Origin: Narcine bancroftii
Taxonomy: Eukaryota
DNA: 64,000 nt
Assembly (NCBI RefSeq): GCF_036971445.1
Contig: NC_091469.1
Location: 207,824,001-207,888,000, forward strand
Direction of reading: 5' to 3'
Made by a program: the position numbers and the translations under genes
In this document: one piece after another, positions 25,538 through 38,849 of the stretch
How the letters are laid out: the number at the start of each line of letters is the position of its first letter
Position numbering within the stretch: position 1 is the stretch's first letter
The notes under the pieces: generated by a model
Seen by the model: the letters and a program-made list of their open reading frames with translations, nothing else
Database searches by the model: none
What the model was told of the DNA's origin: nothing

Positions 25538-28500
25538 GAACCATAGAGTACTACAGCACAGAAAACAGGCTATTTGGCCCCTCTAGTCTGTGCTGACCAC
25601 TATTTTGCTAGTCCCATTGACCTGCTTCTATTCTATGACCCTCCAGACCTCTCCCATCCATGTATCTATCCAATCTATCCTTAAGGTTGAGCCTGCATTC
25701 ACCACACCAGATGGCAGCTTATTCCACACTCCCACTACACTCTGAGTGAAGAACTTCCCTCTAATGTTCCCCCTAAAACTTTCCCTTTTCAGCTTAAAAC
25801 CATGACCCCAATCTAAGTGGGAAAAACCTACTCTCATCCACTCTGTCTATACCTCTTGTAATCTTGTAAACCTCTTTCAAATCTCCCCTCATTCTTCTTT
25901 GCTCCAAGGAATAAAGTCCTATCCTATTTAATCTTGCCCTGTTACTCATTTCCTGAAGTCCGGGCAACATCCTGGTAAATCTTCTCTGCACTCTTTCTAT
26001 CTTATTGATATCTTTCCTGTAGTTAGGTGACCAAAACTGCACACAATAACCCAAATTTGGCCTCATCAATGTCTTATACAAATTCAACATCACAACTCCT
26101 ACACTCAATACTTTGATTTATGAAAGCCAAGATGCCAAAATGTCTCTTTACAACCCTACCCACCTGTGATACCACTTTCAGGAAATTATGTTTCTGTATT
26201 CCCAGATTCGACTGTCCTACTCCTCAGTGCCCAACCATATACCAAATATGTCCTTTCTAGGTTTGTCCTTCCAAAATTCAAAACCTCACACTTGTCTCCA
26301 TTAAACTCCATTTGCCTTTTTCTGGCCAATTTTTCCAGTTGGTCCAGATCCCTCTGTAAGCTTGAAAACCTCCCTCACTGTCCACAGCGCCTCCTATCTT
26401 TGTGTCATCAGCCAACTTGCTGATCCAATTCACCACATTATTATCCAGATCATTCATATAGACAACAAACAATAATGGTCCCGAGTTGAATCCCTGAGGC
26501 ACACCACTGGTCACAGGCCTCCAATTCGAAGAGCACCATTCACTACCACCCTTTATCTTCTCCCACACAGCTGATTATGAATCCAGTTTACAACCTCTCC
26601 ATGGATACCTACCGTTTTTAAGTTCTAAACTAACCTCCCATGTGGGAACTTGTCAAAGATCTTATTAAAGTCCATGTAGACAACAACCACAGTCTTTCCT
26701 TCATCTATCTTCTTGGTAACCTCCTTGAAAAAACTTGACAAGATTCATTAAACACAACCGATCAAGCACAAAGCCATACTGACTATCCTTAATCAGCCTT
26801 TGGCTGTACAAATACCTATATATCCTGACTTTTATAACTGCTTCTAATAACTTACCTACAACTGGCATCAGGCTCATTGGCCTATAATTACTTGGTTTAT
26901 TTTTTGAACCATTTTTAAACAATGAGATAACATGAACTACCCTCCAATCATCTGGCACCTCTCTCTGGCCAAGGACATTTTGAATATATCTTTCATGGCC
27001 CCTGAAATTTCTTCACTAGTCCCCCTCAAGGTCTAAGGGAAAATCATGTCAGGCCTGGGGGGATTTACCTACCTTTATTTGCTGTAAGGGAGTAAGCACC
27101 TCCTGCTCTTTAATCTCTATATGTTCCATGCTTGTTTCCCTTCCTTCCTTGTACATTGTGGCAGTTTCCTGAGTAAATACTGATTCAAAAAAACTGTTTA
27201 AGATCTTCCCCATGAGGCTCCACGCATAGATGACCACTCTGATCTTTTAGGAGGCCAATTTTGTCCCTTACTATCCTTTTACTCCTAACATACTTGTAGA
27301 AACCCTTCAGGTTTACCTTCACATTATCTGCCAAAGCAACCTCATGTCTTCTTTTTGCCTTCCTGATTTCCTTCTTGAGTATTTTCTTACATTTTCTATA
27401 CTCTTCTAGTACCTCATTAGATCCTTGTTGCCTAAACCTGCTATGTACCTCTCTCTTCTTCTTAACTAGAACCCCAATATCTGACTTGAAAACCAAGGTT
27501 CTCTATGCCTAGTAACTTTGCCTTTAATCCTAACAGGAACAGGCAAACTCGGCACTCTCCAAATTTCGCCTTTGAAGTCCTCCCACTCACTGAACACATC
27601 CTTGCCAGAAAACAATATATTCCAATCCACTCTTCCTATATCCTTTCTCATTTCCACAAAATTTGTCTTCCTTCAATTTAGAATCCCAACATAAAGACCA
27701 GACTTATCCTTTTCCATAAATAACTTGAATCTACTGACATTATGGTCACTGGACCCAAATTGTTCATCTACACATACTTCTGTCACTTGACCTGTCTTGT
27801 TCCCTAATAGAAGATCCAGTATTGCATCCTCTTTCATTGGTAGTTCTAAATATTAATTTAGAAAACTTTACTGAACCCATTTGACAAACTCCAAACCATC
27901 CACCCCTTTTATAGTATGGGTGTCCTAGTCAATATGTAGAAAGTTAAAATCTCCTTCGATCACATCTTTCTGTTTCTTACATCTGTCTGCTATCACTCTA
28001 CAGATTTGGTCCTCCAATTCTCTCTGACTATTGGGTGGTCTATAATACAACCTTATCAGTGTGATCACACCTTTCCTGTTCCTCAACTCCACCCATATGG
28101 CCTCTGTAGATGAGCCCTCCTGACTTTGCTCAGCTGTGATATTTTCCCTGACTAGCAATGCCATTCCTCCCCTTTTCATCACTCCCCCTCTATCACATCT
28201 GAAGCAACAGAACCCCCAGAACATTAAGATGCCAGTCCTGCCCCTCCTACAACCAAGTCTCGCTAAAAGCAATACTATCATAATCCCACGTGTCAATCCA
28301 TGCCCTCAGCTTGTCAGCCTTTCTAACAATACTCTTTGCATTAAAATAAATAGACCTGAGAACATTTATATCATGTAGAAACCCTTGATTTCTGTCTATA
28401 CATGCAGTCCTCGCATGACCTTTATCCCCCCTCCTTCTCACTAACTGTTCTAACCTCCTGGTTCCCCTCCCCCTGCAAATCTAGTTTAAACCCATCAGGA

Positions 28501-28760
28501 CAAGACTAACAAACCTACCCGCATGGATATTAATTCCCTTCCAGGTCAGATGAAATCCATCCAATTGGGACAGATCCAACTTTCTCTGGAACAGAGCCCA
28601 TTGATCTAGAAACCTGAAGCTCTCCCTACTACGCCATGTCTCCAGCCACGTTAAACTGCCTTATCCTCCTATTTCTAACCTCTCCAGCACGTGGCATGGG
28701 AAGCAATCCTGAGATCACTACCCTGGGGGTCCTCTTCTTCAACTGAGCATCAAACTACCT
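25538..28760 (-). mobile_element. CR1 LINE, long degraded copy (ORF1 end, endonuclease, RT, 3' UTR)
   Basis: Fragments YRPPNSQ..GDFN, NYRPMSL, SGVPQG..GPLLF, KLADDTK, ERVQRRFTRML; many frameshifts. Confidence 0.92.
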
Positions 28761-30199
28761 GAACTCTCCTTGCAGTGTGCTACTTGAATGGTAAGGTGGA
28801 TGCAAGTTTAACAATAATAGGATTGTGTAACTTGGGTCAGGAAGAAATATTGAAGAAGGAAGCCATAAAGATGAGGATGAATTAACACAGCGGGCAAAGT
28901 GACCTACTTTTGAGCTGCAAGAGAATTGAAAGAAATTTATTATATATAAATCCAGCTTGTTGACAAAGTTCAAAGTGATTGGAATCAGGGAGGAAAACAC
29001 AAAAAGAGTTTATCAAAACCTCAGGTTGTCTGGATTGCCTACACCCAGTAACAATCGGACTGGATGTCCAGCTGTTGATTAACTCACTGTTTGAGCCCAA
29101 AGTCAAAGAGGGGAAGGAGCATGAGGGAATGTGGGAGGGGAGAATACAGAGCATGGTCCTGAGATGTTCAGGCCCCTCAACAAGCTAATGCCTACATCTG
29201 TCTGCAGCTGGAGACAGCACAGGATTCCACCGCCCAGATGTTTCCTCCAAGATTAGTAGCTTCAATCACAGAGCCCTGGGAGAGTGACACAATCAGCTCC
29301 TCTTGACCCAGAGCCAAGTGCTCTGCTCTGCATCTCTCCACCCATCCCCTCCCCCTCCTGCTTCAACAGGACAGTCCTGAATATTAAATGTTTCCCAGCC
29401 TTCCATCTTCTCTGCTATATATAACCTTAGATCTTTCAATTAGACTTGAGCCGAGAACACCCCCCCCCCCCCCCCCAAACATGAAGGCTTTACCACGTGG
29501 ATCCTTAGAAATTTTTATCCCATCACTAGCATAAGTGCATTGATTTCAAAGAAATGAATTATGAAGGCTTTATAACATTAGTGTTTCTAAAGTTAGATTA
29601 ATTTCAAGTGAACTAAGCGTAGTTCTCAGAATCAGAATTTATTGTCATGAACAAGTCATGAAAATCTGCCCAAACTCTCAATTTCCTGTAAAGCTACAGG
29701 GTGGATTACACAAAAAAGGTGTATTTTTTATTCAAAACTAACTGAATCCGACTAAATGCCAGCCTATAAATAGCAATGTGCTCATATTAGTCAAGTCAGG
29801 TCAAGTTTATGTCATCCAATTGTACAGGTAAAACCTGACGAGACAGCGTTCTCCGGTCCTCCATGCAAAACATGCAGACACACAACCAGACATAACACAC
29901 ACACAGACAGATAATTCAAATGCAGAACAAGTATTTTATCAACTAAAAAAAAATATTGTTTTGTATAAATGAAAGTTTCGGATGGAAGAGAAGGTGTTTG
30001 GCATCCACAAGAAGGGCCGAACTGGCCTGTTTCTGTTCTGTAATTGTATGGTTTATTTAGGTGTTTTTACTATATGTAAAAACAACTAAACCCCTGCTTA
30101 GATATCAGCCTGTGAACCTCTGACTGGAGTCCACTAATCTGTTTATAAACCAGCATGTAACACATCTGTGGATACCTGTTTTTCTACAAAAATAAATAC

Positions 30200-30795
30200 C
30201 AAATTGCACCCGGTGCTCCTGTTGTGACTGTCTCTACATTGGAGAGATTGGACACAGGCTGGGAGATCGCTTCGCTGAGCACCTTTGCTCTGTCCTCATC
30301 AATGACAGGGATCTCCCAGTGGCTAACCATTTCAATTCTGCCCCCCACCCCTGCGCTGATATGTCTGTCCATGCTTCATGTACTGTCAAACAAAGACCAC
30401 CTGTAAATTGGAGGAGCAACACCTCTCTGAGCACTCTCCAACCTGATGGCATTAACATCAAACTCTCTGGTTTCTGCTAGCCCACTCCCCATTCTTCCCC
30501 TCTTCCCCATCCCTCTGTCTTTTTTATCCCAGCTCTTCATCCCCATCTCTCTCCATTCACATTCATACCCCCTCCCCCGGTTTGCTGGTGTGGCCTCTCT
30601 CTCCCTTATTCACCTGCTACCTTCAACCTGTGGGACTGTGTTTCTCCTCCCCCTGCCCTTCCTCACCATTTTATTCAGGACATTTTGCCAACACCTTGTT
30701 GAAGGGCTCAAGCCCAAAATGTTGGTGATGTATCTTCATCTTTGCTGTATAAAAGACACTGCTTGACCTGCTGAGTTTCTCCAGCATTGTGTTCC
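30200..30795 (+). mobile_element. Penelope-like 3' remnant
   Basis: ctctacattggagag (LYIGE) and pLTR gaagggctcaagcccaaaatgttgg. Confidence 0.72.
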
Positions 30796-30837
30796 ACATA
30801 AATACCAAACTACTCAATTCAATCTCAGCATGCTATT

Positions 30838-31645
30838 CTTTTTTTTAAATATTTTATTTAAAAATTTTAAAATCACAATTACAATTATTAAAAATATACT
30901 GAAAACAATGATACATATGTGGTATATAAATCCCTTATCCCTCCCTCCCTCCCTATCCCCAACCCACCCTAAACCCCAATAAAGAAAGATGAAGAGAAGG
31001 AGAATGTCAATGGTACAAAGATAACCTCAGTTCAATAACTGTGGAACTGAAAATTTCCTCTGTAACGAGTTATTGAGAGCTCTCAAACTTTCAAACCAAC
31101 ATATTGTAAGCATGGACTCCATATTTTCCAAAAAGAAATGATATTTATTACATAGATTAAAAGTGATTTTTTTTTCAAATGAAGTACAAGAATGTAATTC
31201 AGCATGCATCTCTCCAGTCCTAAATCTCGATCTGATTTCCAAGTAATGGCTATGCATTTTCTGGAAACAACTAAAGCTTTTTGTAAAAATTCAATTTGAT
31301 ACTAAGTTGATCTTAATTTAAAATTAATAATTTTAACATTACCCAACAAAAATAAAATCGGATCAAGCAGGAGTTTAACCTTTAATATTTTTTCCAAGAA
31401 TATTTCCACCTCTATCCAGAAAGGTTTTACCTTAGAACATAGCCAAGTAGAATGGAAAAATGAACCTATTTCTCAACCACATCTAAAACATAAATTTGAT
31501 AATGTTGAATTTAAAAATCTTCAATTTTTGAAGGGTTAAATATAATTGATGAAAAATATTATATTGAACCTATCTATATCTTACGTTAATAATTTTCATC
31601 ATACTATTTTTACATAACTGCATTCAATCATTCTCATCTAACTTT
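30838..31645 (-). mobile_element. L1/Tx1-clade LINE 3' fragment
   Basis: Reverse strand gives CFRCG..IGSFFHSTW zinc-knuckle remnant and an A-rich 3' end. Confidence 0.6.
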
Positions 31646-31807
31646 CAATCAGCTTGAAATTCCGTCCTAGGTATTCATTTGTGGTGACGTAAAACCAAGC
31701 CACAAATCCCCCTCACAGGATCCATGCAACTCGTGACACTGTGTGAGTGTAACTAGATGGATATGAGAGCAAACAGAGAAAGCCAACACAGAGAGGGAGA
31801 CCCTTAC

Positions 31808-32146
31808 CTGGAAGACAGGTGCAGTCGTAGAGGGCATCACCAAGTGGGCGGCAAGTGCCTCCATTCTGGCAAGGTGAGGGCGAGCAGGGCACGTAGAGAT
31901 TCTCGCAGTGATGGCCTGTATACTCGGGAGGGCAGGTGCACTGGTAGGAGCCGATCTCGTTGAGGCAGGTGGCACCATTCTTGCAAGGCGATGGGTTAAT
32001 TCCACATTCATTGATGTCCTGCTTGCAGATGGGCCCATGGAATCCCGATGTACATCTGCAGATATAGTGGCCTTCGAACACCACACACTGCCCTCCATTG
32101 GCACAGGGGTTGGAGGCGCATGGGTCTGCCTGTTGGCACTGCTTAC
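31808..32146 (-). CDS. notch1-like: Notch exon equivalent to NOTCH1 exon 4 (EGF4-6)
   Basis: tgctcag|GTAAG...CCAG|gtaagg; 339 nt. GKQCQQADPCASNPCANGGQC...PCSPSPCQNGGTCRPLGDALYDCTCLPG. Confidence 0.96.
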
Positions 32147-32734
32147 CTGAGCACAGGAGTAAAGCAAACATTTTGATCAACAGTGGAAGGCAAAAAAGCA
32201 ATGTGTCCAAAATGGTTTCCTTTCCCTTCCACTCATGGCTCATATACACTGTTCACATCATCTAGACACTGAATGCCCTATCAGGGACTCCACTTACCCC
32301 TGTACATACAATCACAGCCAATCAACACTCTGAGCCATCAATTCCCCCTGGGAAAAAGAAGGCCATTCAGTCCCTTGACTGTGCTAATTTTTCATTCCAC
32401 TCTAGTTAATCTGTATTATAATATCGTCATCTCAACCAAGTTCCATAGTTCCATAGGACAGCTCACAAGAAAGCCCTGTCATTTTCAAATTCTTAACTGA
32501 TTCCTAACCCCAAGCGACCTTGAGGTAGAATTGCGAATTTTCACTAATTCTCATCATCATCTGAAACAATTCAACTCTCGAGTTAAACATTTTGCCCTTA
32601 TTTCGGAATGTTCCCATGAGAGGGAATTGTTTCCTCAATCTACCGTCTCAGACACGTATAATATTCCTCATTGTAATTGACGCAGATATGTTCAAACTCC
32701 ACAATGTGAAACACAATAGGCTGTAGATGCTGTG

Positions 32735-32942
32735 ATTGCAGTTACATAACTGAAATGCTAGAGGAACTCATCTGGACTTCTCAGCATCTATAGGAGATCA
32801 AGATATATTGCTGATGCTTCAGGCCTGAGCCATTCTTCAAGGAAAAAGGGCTCAGGCCAGAAACATCAGCAATATATCTTGATCTCTTATAGATGCTGAG
32901 AAGTCCAGCTGAGTTCCTCTAGCATTTTAGTGTGTTTACAAT
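32735..32942. repeat. Palindrome of Penelope pLTR-type sequence (arms about 90-100 bp)
   Basis: aaatgctagaggaactcatctggacttctcagcatctata... pairs with ...tatagatgctgagaagtccagctgagttcctctagcattt. Confidence 0.85.
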
Positions 32943-32994
32943 ACTCCACAGAGAATCTGTCCTATCATGGCCTGCAACTACTACTATGTCTATT

Positions 32995-33483
32995 GAACCT
33001 GTAACCCAGTGAGGGTCAGTGTGTGTGTGGGACCTGTACCCCAGTGAGGGTCAGTGTGTGTGGACCCTGTACCCCGGTGGGTGTCAGTGTGTGTGGGACC
33101 TGTACCCCGGTGAGGGTCAGTGTGTGTGGAACCTGTACCTCAGTGAGGTTCAGTGTGTGTGGAGCCCGTACCTTAGTGAGGGTCAGTATGTGTGGAACCC
33201 ATATCCCAGTGAGGGTCAGTATGTGGAACCTGTACTCTAGAGAGGGACAGTGCATGTGGAACCCATAACCTAGTGAAGGTCAGTGTGTGTGGGACCCGTA
33301 ACCCAGTGAGCGTCAGTGTGTGTGGAACCTGTATCCCAGTGAGCATCAGTGTGTGGAACCTGTACCCCCGTGAGGTTCAGTGTGTGTGGAAACCATATCC
33401 CAGTGAGGGTCAGTGTGTGGAACCTGTATTCCAGTGAAGATCAGAGTGTGTGGAACCTGTACCCCAGTGAGGATCAGTGTGTG
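32995..33483 (+). repeat. 33-bp minisatellite array (same family as 3640-5048)
   Basis: About 15 units, ending about 53 nt from the exon 3 donor. Confidence 0.95.
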
Positions 33484-33536
33484 AGAACTACTTCGCACCC
33501 CTCACTACTCTCAGATACCAGCCAGCTGTTACATAC

Positions 33537-33802
33537 CTGCCCACCCTGGGGGACACCGACACTTGTACTCCCGCAGGCTGTTTGTCAGCTGACAGCTCCC
33601 CCCATTGTGGCAGGGGCTGCTGAGGCATGCGTTGTTGAGGGGCGTGAGGCAAAGACGGTCTGTGAAGCCCAGCCGACAGGTGCAACTGTAGTCGATGGCC
33701 TGGCCATGGATGATGGGATTGCAGGTCCCCTCATTCTTGCAGGGTGAGCTAAGGCAGGGGTTGTGGAACTGACATCGTTCTCCCAGATATCCTGGACTGC
33801 AA
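33537..33802 (-). CDS. notch1-like: Notch receptor exon equivalent to NOTCH1 exon 3 (end of EGF1, EGF2, EGF3)
   Basis: Acceptor ctttccag|T and donor GCAG|gtatgt; 266 nt. Translates CSPGYLGERCQFHNPCLSSPCKNEGTCNPIIHGQAIDYSCTCRLGFTDRLCLTPLNNACLSSPCHNGGSCQLTNSLREYKCRCPPGWAG. Paralogue identity uncertain. Confidence 0.95.
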
Positions 33803-35544
33803 CTGGAAAGGAAGATGAAACAACTTGATGAGTGTCCAAGTCAGGTACAGTATCCCTGCATTTTACTGGCCCTGTAAACAGAGAAAAGATGCTTGAGTCA
33901 GGAACTTTTAAATTCCCTAAGGCACTCTATGGGAAAGCAAATTCAGACACTTAAGGACAGATGGCAAAAAGATGATCTTTAATGTCCAATTTAAAGGAAA
34001 GAAAAAAGTTTTTAAAACATTCAGATTTATTGTCAGAATACAATCATGACATCACATATAACCTTGAGGTTCTTTTCCTGCGGGCCAGGTAGAATTACCA
34101 CTTATTGGTGGTGCAAAAAAAAACTGTATTCAAGGGACGCTGTTGGGGATGGGGGGATCTAGAAGAAGGTCATGGGTAGGGGGAAGGAGACATTGCAAGA
34201 GCCAATGACATGAAGGGTTCATGCAGAGAGGATGGATTGACGGAAATGGAGACAAGGTGAGATCTATCACACCTGAAGAGCAACCTGTTCAGAGCAATGC
34301 CAATCCTGCCTTCCTGCTGCTCAACAGAATTTCAGATCCTTGAACAAAGAACTGGCGCCAAGAGATCACATGCTCCTTCGACTTAACCCTGGTCCACTGG
34401 ATCGCGTGTTCCTCAAACCCTGACTTGTCAGACCACGTCAATTTTTCTGCTCATTCCTCATCCTCTTCTCCCAATTCTGCCTTTAACGCCTCGCAACAGG
34501 GTTGTACACAGCTGGACCTTCCCTTCCTGCTACCTCCATGTCAGAGTCTCCCACTATTGCACAAACAGAGCTCATCCTCATCCATAGATTTCTTGGATCA
34601 CTCCATCACACAGGACGGCTAATTCTGATAGAACACTATTCCACTTATTTGTCATGTCCACCTTTGACTTGACCTGCTTTCTTCACGACCAATCAAAATT
34701 CTGTCACTTCATGCTCATCGGATTGGGTCATCCTTGACTGGCTATTTATTTTCACTATTTAAAGCCATTTCTTTGAGTTTATCCCATTGTCTCTTAGTGC
34801 CTGTTCCTAAAGCTTTGTCCTGATCACTCTTCACCCTGTCCAGACTGACCCACACTGGTTCCCAGTTCAGCAACAACTCTATGGCAAAGTTCACATCCTA
34901 ATCCTCATTTTCTCCATAACTATGCTTCACCTTCTTCCTGCCATCTCCTCCAGTATATTATTTCAGGATACTTGTGCCTCTAATTTCCACACCAGGTAAA
35001 TCCTATACGCACATATGCCATGTAAAAGTTGACTCTCCTACTTTTGGCCCTGTCTGTCCGCCCTCTGGGTTTCCCAACTGCCATCTCTTGCCCACCAGAG
35101 CTCCAAACACCTTGACTGTGCTTAGGCCCTGGCTGCCTGGCATCCAATCTCCTGATGCTCCAACCATGGAGTCTCACCTAGACCCTGCCCACCTGCCTGA
35201 GCTCCAGATGCCCCAAATGTGGACTTACCACCTGGTCTTGGCCACCCACCCCCCCCCCCCCCCACCCTGCCCATTGGGACTCCTGACACATCGATCACCA
35301 AAGGTACTTACCAAGGTCAACAGTAATATGAAAGTAACAGTCGATCCATTAATTTCACCTAAAATATTGGTCTGCAAGAATCGACTATTATATGGTAGGT
35401 TGTCCAAGTCAAAATGGAGGAGTGAAAATCCAATGAATTGCTTGGCTAGCACAGTGGCACAGCTGGTTCAGCTCCTGCTGTGCTGGGCCAGGGACCCAGA
35501 TTCAATCTTAACCTCAGTTGCTGTCTATGTGGAGTCTGAACATG

Positions 35545-35910
35545 GAACATAAAACAGATCACTACCACCTTTCTGCCATTAACGTTTTGCCAACCTATAC
35601 TTTCCTATCAAAAAATCCTAAACCCTTCCTAACTCATAACTCTCTATTTTTCTTTCATCCGTGTGTCTAAGAGTCTCTTAAAAGCCCCTAATGTTCCAGC
35701 CTCCACGACAACTTCTGACAAGGCCTTCCAGGCATCCACAACTCTCTGTTTAAAAAACCTACCCCTGATGTCCCCCCTAAACCTTCCTCTGTTTACTTTT
35801 TACAGATGTCCCCTGGTTATTATAATCCTGCCCTGGGAAAAAGGTGCCGACTCTCTTCCTTATCTAGGCCTCTCAGAATCTTGTCGACCTTCTCTAAGTC
35901 ATCGCTCTTC
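35545..35910 (-). mobile_element. CR1 3' fragment
   Basis: Homologous to 38850-39200. Confidence 0.7.
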
Positions 35911-36414
35911 CTTCTTCACTTTCTGTGTGACTGTGTGGCTGTTCCAGTTTCTAGCAATGTTCCTATAGATGCTCAGGTCAGTAGGTTAAATGGCCACTGG
36001 ACATTACTTCAGTGTGTTTTTAAGTGGTAAAACCTGGGATTAATGTAGGAATGATATAAATGGGCGGAGGATGGGTGACCAAAGACTTGGTGGGCCAAAT
36101 GGTCTGTTGCAATGTGATACCGCTCTGTACTCAATCAGGTACTGAGATCCTTCAACCATAGGCACCCAGACTAGTCTACTCAGATAATCATTGATTAAAT
36201 ATGCACATTGTCAGCCAGGTACTCAAGGGCAGACATCTCCCCCAAGGGAAAGGTGATAAAAACCAATTCAGTGGCAATATATTTCAAAATATTTATCAAC
36301 ATTCATTCAGAAGCAGAGCAGAAATCAGTTCCAAGAAAATAAACCCACCTTATGTGCCCACCAGGACACACAGGATGAATGAAAGACTTCAAAAACAAGC
36401 ACCAACATGTCTGT

Positions 36415-36590
36415 TGAAGCGGTTAGCGCAGCACCAGCAATCGGGACCGTAGGTTGTACGATCTCCCCGTGTCTGGGTGGGTTTTCCCCGGGGGCTCCAG
36501 ATTCCTCCCACCCTTCAAAACGTACCGGGGATGTAGGTAAATTGGGTGGCACGGACTTGTGGGCTGAAATGGCCAATTACCATGTTGTTC
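36415..36590 (+). mobile_element. HE1/V-SINE-like SINE
   Basis: Family core. Confidence 0.65.
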
Positions 36591-36848
36591 ACATGGCTGG
36601 TGGTGTAGCTTTTGAGCACAGGCTTCCAGAGAAACAATAACATGTTAGGAGCTGGGGGTGAAGAGAGGCCCCTCTTCAAACCATCTGTTAGCTCATTGGC
36701 TGCCAATTGGTAAAAAGACAATGAGGAGAAGGTGGTCTGCAACTGACCCAATGAGTTTATGACTGTTTGATTTTATTACTTGGCAAGGGCTTGTTTTTGA
36801 AGAGAGACAGAGGGAATGGTAGAAAGGCGAGGGTAAGGGGGGGGGGGA

Positions 36849-36904
<56 letters not shown>
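36849..36904. repeat. (GA)n microsatellite
   Basis: Direct reading. Confidence 0.9.
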
Positions 36905-36905
<1 letters not shown>

Positions 36906-36996
36906 AAAAGAGTGAGAAAGGTGGAGGTGGAAAGAGAGCGAGAGATGGAAAGAAGGGGAAGGAGAGAGTGTTATAAACTATCAACCATTTTAATTA

Positions 36997-37162
36997 TGTT
37001 GGGGACTAAAGGGTTTTTGTTCATACTAACACAGGAACAGCAGTGGAAAATTGACCAGACAATGGCAAATTCAAAATAATAGTTTTTAATAAACTATTAA
37101 TAACATAACATTTCTTACTGATCTCTAAACTTACTGAACTCTAAACTTAACCCCACAATGAA

Positions 37163-37229
<67 letters not shown>

Positions 37230-38005
37230 ACACGTGCTTGTGTAATTCAAACTCCTCTCTGAAAAGTCAACCTTTAAAAGTTCATCATCATTTTAGTCTT
37301 GCTTGAAGGTCTTAAAATCTCAGTTCAGAAAAAAATTATAAAGCGCTTTTAAACATCAGGTCTTTTTACTGACAGTTTTCTTCTAAAATGCATTCACAAA
37401 CCCAGATAAGGGTGAAACGAGTGGCCAAATACAAAAATAGACCTGGTATAAATCTGTCCTCTTTTCCAAAGAGACAGCAAAATGTTTCAAAAGCCACTGA
37501 TTCTATGTTCCCCTTTTCCCAGGAGTAACACACAATAGCACCAATTCTGGTTACTGTTCTTTCACAAGGTTTCAGCGCCTGTATCACAGGGTTTTGACTT
37601 CTGTACTCTCCAAATGGAACTGATCCCTTTGTCTCTCAGAATAATATATTTCTTCCATTTTTCATGTCACATGGTATGTGACATCATTTCTGTCTTTGAA
37701 GCTTATAAGGTCTTTGACACAAATGTGCTAAAAACATTTAAATCCACTTATGTCTGTGAGAAGTCTGCTTTCCTCAAAACTAAAATGGCTGTGCATTTAT
37801 ACAGGTGCTTCTGAACTAACACATTGTTTCCAATATCTCGAGAACCATGGGTGTTTAAAATGTTTCTGTGTTGTCTTTGTAACCACCCACAACTAACAAC
37901 TAAGAATACAGATACAATATTTTATCTCCACAATTTACTTTACTAAAACATGTTTATATATGAGAAATATAGTTTAACATTAAAGATAAACGCAACTCCG
38001 TTACA
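36997..38005 (-). mobile_element. Possible solo LTR containing (TG)n at 37166-37226
   Basis: TGTT...TTACA termini; no TSD found. Confidence 0.35.
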
Positions 38006-38494
38006 AGATGCAGTGGGAGATCGAAAGCTGGTGTCACCAGGAAACATTTGTGTCACTCAAGATGAAATCCCTCCAGTCCCTTGCTCTATTTTAATCGAAG
38101 GTCTGTCAAAACATGAACCAATATTGCCTACAAGGGCAGACTTTTCTCAATAATCCCAGATGACATGGGTGTAGAAGTGCCAAAGCTCTCCCACCTCTCC
38201 TCCCACAATCCAGACACTTGAACCACATAACTGAGGCTGGGTGAACAGCACGATTCCTCAGCCAGGTATCCTGTCCAGTCTTTTCCCACCCCACTTCCAG
38301 CTTAAAATATCATGATATTTCATTGTCATGACACGCTGAGTTCTGTTTTTGTATTAGTCCTTTGCAGAATTAAATATGGGTCACCAAGAGTTTGGGGGAT
38401 CTCATTGAACAGTCACTTCATCAAGGGATTTCAATTTAAGGATTTTCTCAGTAGACAGTGAGACATTATTTCAATGGAGGGGAGTCCAATGGAG

Positions 38495-38690
38495 GCATGT
38501 TTAGCATAGTGGTTAACATGGGATTTGAACCCAGCACTGTCTGTGAGCAGCTTCTACATTCTCCCTGGGTTTGCGTGGGTTTTCCCTGGGTTCTCCGGTT
38601 TCCACCCACCCTCCAAAAATGTATGGGGTTAGTAGGTTAATTGGGTGGGAAGGACTTAAATGGCTGGAATCGTCTTCTACCATGATGTAA
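38495..38690 (+). mobile_element. HE1/V-SINE-like SINE
   Basis: Family core. Confidence 0.65.
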
Positions 38691-38849
38691 ATATGAAGAT
38701 AAACAATTGGGGCTAGAGGTTCTGGGCAAATGTGAGGGAACACTCATCACACAGAGGAATCATAGCATTTCCGTACTCAAAACCTCAAGGCAAGAGAGAT
38801 CAATAGAAAATTTCAAACAAAGACTCATCCATTTTTATTGGGTAAACAA

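Noticed and set aside
34974-35552. 192-aa plus-strand ORF
   Set aside because: No recognisable domain; runs through a poly-C tract into a SINE fragment.
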